From the NCBI GenBank assembly GCA_907165135.1, contig OU015569.1, positions 10,540,001 through 10,604,000 of the forward strand: a stretch of 64,000 nucleotides of DNA, read 5' to 3'. Within the stretch, counting starts at the first letter, position 1. Every line of letters begins with the position of its first letter. The stretch is from Oikopleura dioica. Taxonomy: Eukaryota > Animalia > Chordata. Made by a program: the position numbers and the translations under genes. Below are positions 48,772-59,571 of the stretch, piece after piece. The notes below the pieces were generated by a model. The model saw only the letters and a program-made list of their open reading frames with translations, did no database searches and was not told the DNA's origin.

Positions 48772-49250
48772 AGTCTCCATCGGAGAGCTTTTCATTCCAA
48801 TTCGGTTTCATTGTAAATAAAAAAGCAATAACGGAGTAAGTAAGACCCTGTATTTGACAAAGTTCAGTTCATGATTTCTGCTGTATCATAAATTATCTCT
48901 CAGAAATAAAAATCTTCTAACCTAAAAAAAAGAGTTTTGTGTATACTTGCAGGATTACAGTTGCGAAGATGATTGAATCAGATGTTAAAGCTTGAATTGG
49001 CCGTCACAACAGCAGTGAATAATAGACTTGGCAGCTTATTAAAACTAACTGAGCTTTATTAGGAATTGGTAACTACGAATTAAGTCAAACTGTTTCTATT
49101 GTTTCCTCTTCCGGAGCTTTTTCGAAAAACCATAGTCACCGTGGAGACAAAAATTCCCGCCTATTTAATCGCCACAGTTCTCCACTTTTCTTCAGATTAA
49201 CTCTCAGATAACCAGATAGCGAAAAACCATCTCCAACACAAAAAAAAAGA

Positions 49251-50004
49251 ATGAAGTTGTTCACCGGTCTCGCTTTTGCCTCTGCGGCCTTTGCTGCCTA
49301 TTCCGATACCTGCATTGGTGTGGATTCCGCTAATTGCGATGGAACCTGCTCTGCTCAACTTGAGACCTGTGCTCCAGCAGGTGGACTTACTAGTTCTGAT
49401 TTGGTCAGTTTGATTAGTTTTTTCCTTTTTTATTCGAGAAATTATTAGGCCTGTTGCACCGCCGCTGATGCCGATTACGTCTGTGGCGCTAACTTGTGCG
49501 GCAATTTGCCATCTGCAAACTTTAACCAGAGTAAGTTTTAATAGAGACTGGCGAGTCATAGAATATCCACTTTTTAGTTGCTTGCTGCGCTGACTCTGCC
49601 GAGCCCGAGGTTCCCGGTATTCCAACTGACGCTCCAGTTGAGCCAACCGCCGATCCAAACGTCCCCACTGAGAGCTCAACCATTGATCCATCTCAACCAA
49701 CTCAACCCACCGATGCCGCCTCTTCCACTATGTCCCCAACAAGTGGTGCCACTGGAACAACAACAGGAAAGAGTTTTTTTTTTTTTGCTCTGAAACTTTA
49801 GTTTCCCCACAAAAAAACGCAAGAGTCAGAAATTTAAATTTTGTTTTTTTTTTCGAGATTTTCCCGATGGTAAAAAATCGTAAAATTACCATAACTGTAG
49901 TCAAACACAAAAAAACTCTTCAAAAAGAAACTACAACTGAATCTGGTGCCAGCTCCGTAGTTATGGCCTCTGTTCTCGCGCTTTTGGCTGTTTTCTACCA
50001 CTAA
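49251..50004 (+). CDS. Small GPI-anchored protein with a 10-Cys domain and Pro/Thr stalk
   Basis: MKLFTGLAFASAAFA signal, Cys-rich exons, PT-rich stalk, and last exon (49928-50004) TTTESGASSVVMASVLALLAVFYH*, a GPI-signal-like tail. Confidence 0.75.
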
Positions 50005-50133
50005 ATCACTTTTCTTGTTCTCCTGAGTTCTCCTGACTGTCAGACAGGAAATAAAATAATGACGACAGTTATCATCAAACTTGAAAATTATCATTTATAA
50101 GGCATTTATTGAAAGGGCTAGAGTTCGTTCAAT

Positions 50134-52630
50134 TCAAGCGTGAGTGGCAAATTCATCCGTTATGTGATGAATGACTACGTCTGTTCTCCAATACGTCTGA
50201 TTTTTGGAATAGCTTCTTGAATACTTTTTACGAAAAAGACATAGCAAACTATTCCATTCCAGAAAAGAAAGCGCGACGATAAGGGCGAAAATCGTCGCAT
50301 TCGCCAGCTGGGGCATCAGGTCGGAAAGAAGGGGCGATCGCTCGGGCTGAAATTGCTGAAAGAATCGCAAAAATAGAGGGAGTACTGTTGGAGGCTTCCA
50401 GTCAGTGTTGAAGTACAGAAATTGCAGATATGTTTGGATAGCAGCGACGAAGACAAGAATAAGGTAAATTATACGGAGTTCACTGAATCAAGTCTCGTTA
50501 AGTTTCGCTTATGGAAGGAAATGCAGCTATGAATAGTAAATACTTAGTTTCCCAGCTTTCTGGAGCGGGGCCAACATTTTATTATTTATAATTAAAAGTA
50601 TTGTTGTTGGCAAAGCGAATTCGCACAACAAAAAGTCAGATTCTGACTATTTCGAGTTGAAAGAATTAATATTTGATTGCTGATGGATGATGGAAATCAG
50701 ATGACGTCGGTAAAGAGACTTTCCTTGGCAGTATTTGTTGATCTTCTAAGTGCAGTTGCTGGGAGAACGTTCCCAAGACCATAAGATTCGTAAACAAGCA
50801 GAGCTTCACGAAATTTGTTATCATCGAGAGACCAAAGTCTTTCAATTTTGGAACACTCGTGCTGGATGATTCGGAACTGTGGATGCGCGAAAGGGGATGG
50901 AAAACGAATAGATTGAGGAGAGTTAGAAGACATATCTGACGAAAGCTCTTTTTGTCTCTTCCGGAAGTAGACCAGCTGAGCGACAACCAGGCGAACAGGG
51001 CGATGAGAAGTGAAGCAGCGATGATATAGATCGGGCACCAAAGAATCGCTATTAACTTGGCCGATTGGCTCCATGAAATCATTCCAGTTTTCGGCCGTAT
51101 TCTCAATTGCGCTAAAACACTGTTCGCGAGGTAGATAAATAAGAGCCCTAACCGAGTGCGATAAAGGTGAAGATCTGTAGACTCGTCAAGAAGGAGAAAA
51201 ATAATGCTTGAAGGAAGGAGGGCATGCTTCCTGAGATTTTTTCAAAGTAGTAAAATTCGTAAGTCGTCACTGTATAAATCAGAATAACCAACGAACAAGA
51301 TCAAGGTTCCATCTTGAGGGAGAGATTTGTAAATAAAATTAAGGGTTTTATTGGAACCTATCAGAAGGGTCCCGAATGGAAGAAGTCAATAAATAAATAA
51401 GTTTCTAATTGACTTAAAGAAGTGGACCCAATCTTGCCTGCAAACAGACGCGAATGGCATCCATTGACTGTAGTCGAATCTGTAAAATTGAATTTAGTTG
51501 AATACTGTACTTCTACTGTAATTGGCTTCTTACTGGTCGTGGTTGATATTCTGAAGTGCGGATTGAGTGCAGTCTTTTATTTCTATCGATGAATTCTCCG
51601 ACTGCGGCTCGTAATACCACCTGAAATGGCACTTCGACAAAAGAAAAGAAAAAGCTGAGGGATGACCTTGAAGCGTCTGCCAAATATCCACAGCCCAAGA
51701 TCACCTTGAGGTCGAGCTCAAGTAAAGATCTGCCGTGAAGAATTATTAATTCCGAATTTGTTCCTTCCATCATGGAAGTTCCATGGTTAAAATGCACGGA
51801 AATATTTAAGAGCTAGTCCTGAATTGAATCTTCGATCAAAACCATGTAAAGCTTGTGGTAAAGAATGGCGAAATCAGCGGATACCACGGCGTCTTCACGT
51901 GTTCCCTCTTCCGAGTCAGCTAGGTTCTTGCGGTCCAAGTACTTAAATATTCTTCGTTTTCTCTTGGAACGCGGTATTTTTAATCAGTTAATCAAATTTC
52001 TTATTCGTTAATTTAAGACTTCGTTATAAAGAAGGGAATTAATAAGGCCCGTAGGGAGCACTCACCTCAAGATACAGCTTTAGGCATCTAATTGTCAGCT
52101 GAAAAGTAAATTAATTTGGAGAGCTCGTGAATACTGCGCTAATGCGGTTTAGAAAACGAGGGAAATAGTCTTTACAAATGATGTTACCTTGATTGGCTCG
52201 AGCACAAGCTTAAACACGGCGAATAAAGTATGGAAGAAGCCGCCCGAGTGGCAAATGCAGAATACTAATTAACTGGGATGAGCATCAGCAGAGAGGGCGT
52301 AGACGCCGTAATTACTCGCTGGAGCTTCTCATCCCCGCCCATCGGCAGCAGGATCATCATCCCAGCGCCCGCCAGGCCATATAAGTTCCTCAAATATTCT
52401 GATACAGTATCATTCATACATGCGAATACAAGCTGACAGTAAGTGTCGCTATTGATGATCAAAATTGAGAAAGACAGGGACGTCAAATATCAGACTTGAA
52501 GAAAATACCTATAAAAGCAGCTAGATCTTAGGTGAAAGTATAAATTCACAATATCCATCGTTAGGTCCACAAGGGGAAAGATGATCCCAGATAAGACCAG
52601 GATGATTATGTATAAGAGCGGGGGCATCTG
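50134..52630 (-). CDS. Multi-pass membrane protein, possibly XK-related (Xkr/CED-8-like)
   Basis: Many hydrophobic exons. N-terminal IFPLVDLTMDIVNLYF resembles XK TM1 (DxxxD), and LIEDSIQ and VIPQLFL resemble the ESAPQL region. Probable 1-nt frameshift at ~52268. Family assignment is weak. Confidence 0.45.
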
Positions 52631-52959
52631 CCGTATCCGCGTTTTCGCCGCTTCTGGCCACTGGAAATTACCACGAGGCGAGCTTCTTCAGTTCAACTTT
52701 TTTGTTAAATTTTGAATTGGACTCGTCGAAAACTATGCACTAGAAAAACTGGGGGTATGCTTGTCTCCGATTTTCTATTCATTAATGACGAAAATAGCTA
52801 AGTCCTTTCATTATTATTTAATTTGTATTCTTGGGGCACAAAAGATTATCTTCTTAGTAGGGTTGGAATCAAGATTACACCCAGGAACCACTACTAGCAC
52901 ATTATAAATTAAATATACTGTTATAATAATAATTCGCATGAGCGTTCAATTATTTTTGG

Positions 52960-53394
52960 AAGACACTCATGAGGTCTTCCATACGCGAATAGACGAAGTA
53001 CTCTTTCCTAAGTACTTCCTAATAAAAAATGCAATTGCTGAACCGCTCCAAGTAGAAACCCGTCCTCGCTGATTGACATACGTGGCGACTGTCTCATGCC
53101 CCTCCTCCTTGATGTCATGAAAAATCATAAACAAGCGGTGCTAATTTATTAATCGCACAAGAGTACTATTCGATGCTTGCTCTATCCTTTTTTCGTTTTC
53201 TGTTTATCTCGAAAGTGAAGTGCAACAAGTTTCTTGCACTTCTTTAGTTTTAGGCACGCTGCGAGCTTGCGGGCGCCGCCGTCTTGCATTATATATTCAA
53301 AAATGCAGAAATCATTTAATAGTCGATTGAGTGGAACTGATTCTTCCTTTTTCAGGAAATAAATCATCCTATGGACATCACAAGAGGATCCCAA
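52960..53394 (-). CDS. Possible unknown coding exons
   Basis: Protein-like frames IYFLKKEESVPLNRLLNDFCIFEYIMQDGGARKLAACLKL and HDIKEEGHETVATYVNQRGRVSTW. No family recognised and gene boundaries unresolved. Confidence 0.3.
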
Positions 53395-53782
53395 TTAGGC
53401 ACACTAATAATCTTAGGATTTTAGGGCATAAAATAATTGAATTTGAAAGCGAGTTAATTTGAGCATAAAAAAGTGAGCAAAATATGCTTTAAAATTATAG
53501 AAATTTTAAAATTTGGAGACACGAATAGACAAAAACTCTTATTTTCTTATGAACCCTAGCTTATCTCCTCGGAAGATGCGTGCAATTAACAGATATGCTC
53601 CAGTTACGGATACGCTCTACTTTCCAATGGCAATAAAAGACACTTCAGCTAGCATGCTTGAGAGACTTCCAAAAATAACAAATGCTATCACAAACGAGCA
53701 ATAGACATGATCAGAGTTGAATTTGATTTTCTTTATTAAAAATTAATTACAGAGTTTGGAAAATTGAACAGGTGAGACGGGT

Positions 53783-55240
53783 TTAACCCTGGGCAGCGAG
53801 GAATGCTTCTCGGTTGAAAGTTCCTGGGCGCATTCCCATGCTTCGGGCGATTTGCTTGGAATTCTTCTTCGCTTTCTTGGCTGCTTTCTTGTGGTTCTTC
53901 TTGTTTTCTTTATCAGCTTTTTTGCCTTCCCGCTTATTTTTCTTGCCTTCCTTTTCCTGTCGCTTTTTATTTTTCTTGTTTTCCTTGTCGGCCTTCTTTT
54001 TGTTCTTCTTGTTTTCTGAGAGAATGTTAATCTACAAGTCTAATTTGTCTAATTCTAACCTTTTTCGCGTCTCTTGTCGGCCTTCTTGTCCTTCTTCGAT
54101 GGTTTTCCTCCCTTTTTCTTTGAGTCACCTTTTCCTCGCTCTTGTTCGTATCCGCCGTAAGTAGGCTCGGAATATGGCTCAGGTGCGTTGTAGCCAGAAT
54201 TGTAGCCTGAGGAGTATCCGGGGCTGGAGTTGTATCCGTTGTTGTAGCCGTTGCCGTAGCCATTGTTGGAGTAGGCAGGGTTCGCTTAACGGTTTTTGTA
54301 AACACTGAAACACTTAGAAAACCGGATCATGGATCAAAAACAGTCACGACCAGCCAAATATTGGACTGACCCGAGAAAAAGACGGGCCGAGGTGACGTGC
54401 TAACACTCGGGGAAACCGGTATATGGTTCGATCTTTTTCTCGACCGGGATGTGCCGCGTTTACCTTGATCGACCATGTGATCGAGCGGGTTGGAGACGAC
54501 TGAGGCTGCCTGGACGTCAAGAGCTTGTCCGTTGTAAGCTGATGTGCCTTCTTTGTAGGTCGAGCCGGCAGTGTGGATGTTTACCTCACCGACGTCACCG
54601 AAGGTCTCTCCATTGGCAACGCTGCCATTGTCGGAGTAGCCATTTGCCTGTTGATAGCCGCCAGCAGTTTGCATGTGATGGACTTGCTCGGAATAGTGAG
54701 TGTTCAAACCAGCAGGTACAAAGGCAGTAGCGGTGTACGAAGGGTCAGCATGGTTATCGTGGACGTTTGTATATCCACCATCAGATTGGTAAGCTGGTTG
54801 GTAAGCAGGGGCTTGGTAGTAAGTTCCTCGCTCTTCGAAAATCAGAGTTCGAAAATGAGCTAAGAATCAAGTCCATAGTTGTTAAGGGTTTCAAATTTGG
54901 AAAAATTCCCACTGTGTAAAATCTCACGGGCCGTGAGTTTGCACGGTGGAATTTTGTCACGTGCAGGGGAAGAAAATTTTTCAAGGTACTGGAAATCACG
55001 TGATGTGACTATCAAAGGAGATAATCTGTCAAATCAATCATAAATCAATCGCTGATCGATTTTACGCATCGCCGCGACCCAAATCATTTTCATGTCAAAG
55101 TTGATTTACTATAAATGACCAATGTCTGTGAATATTCTCGAACTCTTATCAGTCTCTGTTTCTGTCTCTGCTTCTTCCCGGCGGAATCGGCGTCCGGCGG
55201 TGACTGCTGAGAAAAGCGCAAATCCTGCGAAAAGCTTCAT
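53783..55240 (-). CDS. Secreted low-complexity protein with Tyr/Gly/Asn-rich region and Lys-rich tail
   Basis: MKLFAGFALFSAVTA|GRRFRR. Exons splice in phase 1: YYQAPAYQPAY..., NNGYGNGYNNGYNSSPGYSSGYNSGY, KKNKKKADKENKKNKKR..., ending EAFLAAQG*. Confidence 0.8.
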
Positions 55241-55684
55241 TTTCTCTTTTGAAAATTATCTTTCCTTTTCTTTAGTTAGTTGTCTGCAGAGTTCGATAGA
55301 CGATTTTATGTGTGCATTTTGTTTAGGTTAGACCGTTGTTAGATAAATTTGAGGGAAGCGTTGGGATCGGGGCCAGTTGATTCAAAAACGTGTATTATGT
55401 CATTTATTTAGCTCACTTTTTATGATTATCAGCATCTTTGGGCTTTCTAGGTAAATAAGGGAGTGTTTCTTAGGGACTTTCGTAGGGGGCTCCAACGGCC
55501 ATTTCCCTAGCTATACTAAAATAGCAAGATAAGAACTGAATCTCTCAACACGTAAAGGCATTGAAAAGAAAGTTTCTCATGGTGAGATCTAAAATGGCGG
55601 CTTAGTAAAAATCTGCGTTCGAAAGAAAGGAGGTAAAAATAAAAGTGACAGCTGAGATTTGAAGGCCAACTGTCAACAGGAGAA

Positions 55685-56329
55685 ATGACAGGACATCACT
55701 CGCCGAATTACCCACAGGATAGCCGCTTTTGGATTTCACGGCGGTGGAAGATTTTTTATCTAGATAGCGCTGCAGAAGCTGTACCTCAGCTGGCGCAATT
55801 GAACACGCTGTTTGGCGCCGGAAACAAAAACATAAGAAGTGCCGTGAATTTGAGTTTATCCAGAAATCAAAACAGTCACATAATTCGCGGACATCTATCT
55901 TTTTCGTGCCACACGGAGATCGAAATGCGACTTTACGAGATAAGCAGGCGAGAGATTGGAAGAAAGCTCTATCAGGTCGGATTCCTAACTCCTGGTAAAG
56001 AAACCAACAAGAAAATCGAGGAGCACATGAAGAAACTGGCGAAGATTGAGTACGAGCTGCAAGAAATTGAGAAAGACATTGAATACAACAGACGGAAGCT
56101 TCTGCTGTCAAGAAAGAAGGTGACGAAGCAACCATCGGCAAAGATTTTCTTTATGAAAGTGACGCTACGACAGGAAGAACAACAAAAAAGAATAAGGAAT
56201 CTCGATAAGCTACGCAAAGACAGAATTAAAAGAGAAAAATACAAAATTGTGGTTGAATCGAAGCTTTACAGACTCTTGACGACAACCGACACTGAATTGC
56301 TCCGAGAAAGTCCATTGAAATCAAATTAA
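55685..56329 (+). CDS. Uncharacterised 214-aa protein with a C-terminal coiled coil
   Basis: Single long ORF with heptad/charged segment KKLAKIEYELQEIEKDIEYNRRKL, followed by AATAAA. No family recognised. Confidence 0.6.
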   Translation: MTGHHSPNYPQDSRFWISRRWKIFYLDSAAEAVPQLAQLNTLFGAGNKNIRSAVNLSLSRNQNSHIIRGHLSFSCHTEIEMRLYEISRREIGRKLYQVGFLTPGKETNKKIEEHMKKLAKIEYELQEIEKDIEYNRRKLLLSRKKVTKQPSAKIFFMKVTLRQEEQQKRIRNLDKLRKDRIKREKYKIVVESKLYRLLTTTDTELLRESPLKSN

Positions 56330-56875
56330 AAAACCTTTCGTATCTGCCCTTAGATCCATGTAAATACTCTCTAGCTTCTTGAATTCTACAAACAATCCCT
56401 ACTGCCTAGAAATAAAATAAGACTGCAAAACTTGTGAAGTCATGAGTTGAGACAAATTGACTCTTGACGGCACTTTTTTCTGTGATGTGAATGTTTAATT
56501 AAATTTAAAGATAAAGTAAGAACAGAATGGTCTACTTAATTTCATCGGCAGTGGAGTGTATCTTAAGGATAATAAGCTACAGTGTTCCTAGTTTCCTGGA
56601 TCCAAGACCCCGCTTTATTCTCACGTTATACGGGCCATTACCATAAAATTTCACATATTATACTCGAACTTTACAGTGTTAAGTTCGCACTTTGGAATTT
56701 ACACTTTTTGAGCCGCGTATTTAGACATTTCACCGATTTGTTTTCGTAAAATTTTAAGATAAATAAATAAAGACGCAAATGAGACGGTTGCTTTTTATAT
56801 GTGTGGAAGTTTGATTGGCAGTCGATCGAGTGCACCAGTAAAACCGAACTAGTGAAAACTAGGAATAGAAACAGG

Positions 56876-56938
56876 GAGCGCTTAGTGGATCGGCACTGGA
56901 GATATTAAATCGCCTGGAGCTGATCCTCCACGCGCTCA
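56876..56938 (+). ncRNA. Minimal tRNA-like cloverleaf (63 nt), candidate small RNA
   Basis: Acceptor GAGCGC/GCGCTC, TA linker, D arm GTG/CAC, 5-bp arm GGAGA/TCGCC (one mismatch) with 7-nt loop TATTAAA, T-like arm TGGAG/CTCCA, discriminator A. A-box-like TAGTGGATCGG and a T5 run at 56963-56967. No B box. Confidence 0.45.
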
Positions 56939-57202
56939 TGTAGTGGAACTAACGAGCGAAGCTTTTTGGGCAGTTGGTCGAACCGGAACTAGTAACTTTC
57001 GTACTGAAGTATATATATATATAGAATGTGCTTCTTTTTGTGCTTGACTATAGGTGCTTTTTATCTAAAAGAATTGCTCTTAGGAAAAAGTATTAGAATT
57101 TAGCTTACCAGTGAATATTAGTGAGTATGAACATTTCGGCGAGCCACATTATTAGCCACTGGTCTGAAAACTACTGTCAATTGAAATATTTACCGGAGAA
57201 GT

Positions 57203-58255
57203 TTACCTGTTGTTTCGGGCATTTGAGAAATGCTTCTTGTGAAAGTTGGGTTGATAGAATTGGCCAGAGGACGAATTGTTTGGAATGATTGAAGGCGGGA
57301 GTTGATGATGATGAAACCGTGGCGGTTCGATGGGAATGGGCTTGTGCTGGTTGTGGAGCAGCGCATAGTTGCGATTCTGCAAACGCATCTGACGCAGACT
57401 TTCTTGCTTCAGATGATTGACTTCGTTTTCGCGACGCTAAATAAATCGGTTTAGTGTTTACGCCTTGATGTTGAAGATGGCAGACTTACAAGTTTCTCAG
57501 CGAATGGGTTCTTTTCCTCGGGTGTGGCGATTCGTACTTTCATGATAGACTCTTTGGGACTGGCCGGGTCGAAGGAGCTTTGATGGAAGAGCTCGATCGC
57601 GCTTCTTGCATCTTCCGAGTTATAGTAGGTGACTGTAGCGCAGCCTGTTTGTCGTTTTGTTCTTCTCTCTAAGAAGAGGAAGACCCGTTCGACGCCTATT
57701 TAAATATATCAGTTAACAAATAAATATTTACTGACTCGCTATGGATAATCTTTTAGCAAAGATTTTCTACCTTTGCTGACTTTGATGTTTCCTGCTTCTT
57801 TGAATCTGGAGATCAGCGCCTCCTTCGAGATATCTTCTGGTAGCCCTTGAATAAAGACACAGTCAGAGCAGTCTGTGGGAAGAAAAGAGTTGTTCCAAGG
57901 CTCCATAGGTTGAGGTGTCTCGATCACATGACCAGCATGTTCGAGAAAAGTGGGACCGAAGAAGGGACTCCCGTATCCCTGAATTGGACCAGAGTAGAAC
58001 ATATTTGGACTGAAATACTCGCCGCTCAAGCTGAAAGAAGATTTTTAGTCTTTGAAATCAAGGAGGACTCTCTTACCCGTATACTGTGCACTCATCTGTC
58101 GGAAAAGCCATGAGTGGTGGCGAGGGATGAAAGACGGGCGCAGTTATCGCAGTCGATTGGTCTGGAGAGATGTAAGCCAGGGGAAGTTGATCTAACGGCT
58201 GAATTTCATAGCAGCCAAAGGGCACGTGATGAAATCCCTGATTTCCAGGATTCAT
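57203..58255 (-). CDS. FET-family-like (EWSR1/FUS/TAF15-type) RRM protein lacking zinc finger and RGG
   Basis: P/G/Y/F-rich N-terminus. RRM CVFIQGLPEDISKEALISRFKEAGNIK...RTKRQTGCATVTY...ARSAIELF...MKVRIAT fits the FET RRM pattern. H/Q/P-rich tail. Confidence 0.65.
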
Positions 58256-58511
58256 CTAAATAGCTTTTTTTAGGTTATGCAATTGCATTTGGGTAACATC
58301 TAATGTAGGACTGTGTTCACAAGTAATAAAATAATCCCTTGAAGAATCTCAGAAGAGGTGTTAAGTATAATAAAGATGGCTTGAAGGATTTTAGGTTGGT
58401 TGGTGTTCAGGTGGATGCGGTACCTACTCAGTAATACGACAAATTGAATGGTAAAAGAGGTTAACAGTAAACAGAGAAGGCAAAGTTTCAACTAGTAGCG
58501 CCTCGTAGATC

Positions 58512-59521
58512 TTAGATCTTATTGAATGCGACGATGTCAACCGACTGGACCTAGAAAAATAGATGAGATCTAGAAAATTATGAGGTTTACTTACGAAGTC
58601 CTCAATCGCAGTGATTTCTTCTTCCAAAAGTCGGTTCCGACTTTGTCATCCTCAACGACGCAGCAGATTTGGAGCTTCTTGATTCCGTACCCGACAGGGA
58701 CGAGTTTGGCAGTTCCCCAGAGAAGCCCGTCCTTCTCGATGGCTCGGACAGCCTTCTCCATCTCGCCAAGGTCGGTCTCGTCATCCCAAGGCTTGACGTC
58801 GAGCAAAATGTTCGACTTCGCAATCAAGACACCTTTCTTATCCTCCTTTGCCTAGTAAAATATATAGGACGCAATTATTTTATTTTTCCTACCTTTTTCT
58901 TTTCATTGTAAGCGGCGATTCGCTCGGCCTTGAGTTTCTCTGCTTCTTCATTCTCATCTTCGTCATCGGATCCGAAGAGATCAATGTCATCATCTCCTTC
59001 GGCTTCTTTGGCGGCTTCTGGATTTGCATTGAGACGGGCCTCCAGTGCAGCAAAACGTGCTGTAATCTCTGAAGAAAAATATAGTCGTAATCGTAGCTTA
59101 TTAAAAGTTACGTTCGAGTTGCGATTTCAATCCTCTGTTCTCTGCTTCTATGAGAGCGATTCTATCTTCGAGGGCGGCCTGGGTGGTGTTGGTCTTGGCT
59201 CCCGCCGCGTTGGGATTTTCCAGAGCGACCTTGATCGAATCCCGGGCAGCGCCAATTCTTTCCACGATCTTTTCCGCAGCTGGAGCGGCTGTTGTATTTG
59301 CGGCAGCCTTTGTAACTGGGTTTGCTGTGGCAGGGGCTCCAGCCTTAAAAATGGTTATTATTCTCTTCCTTGATTTCAGTGCTTACAAGAGCTGTCTCGC
59401 CAAGAATCGACTCGCGCAACTGACGTGCTGAGTATTCATGAAACCGCTCAAGCGCCCTTTCATAGATCGGATGCTCGATCCACGCCTTCTCTGAGACAGT
59501 CAAGTTTTTGAACAGCTCCAT
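58512..59521 (-). CDS. EEF1D: Elongation factor 1-delta
   Basis: [20 protein letters not shown]-terminus, leucine zipper, [41 protein letters not shown]. One missing T in a homopolymer at ~58627 breaks DF-LEEEI. Confidence 0.93.
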
Positions 59522-59571
59522 AATCGAAAAGACCAATCTAAAAAAGGCCCAATTAAATCTTCTATTTTTGA

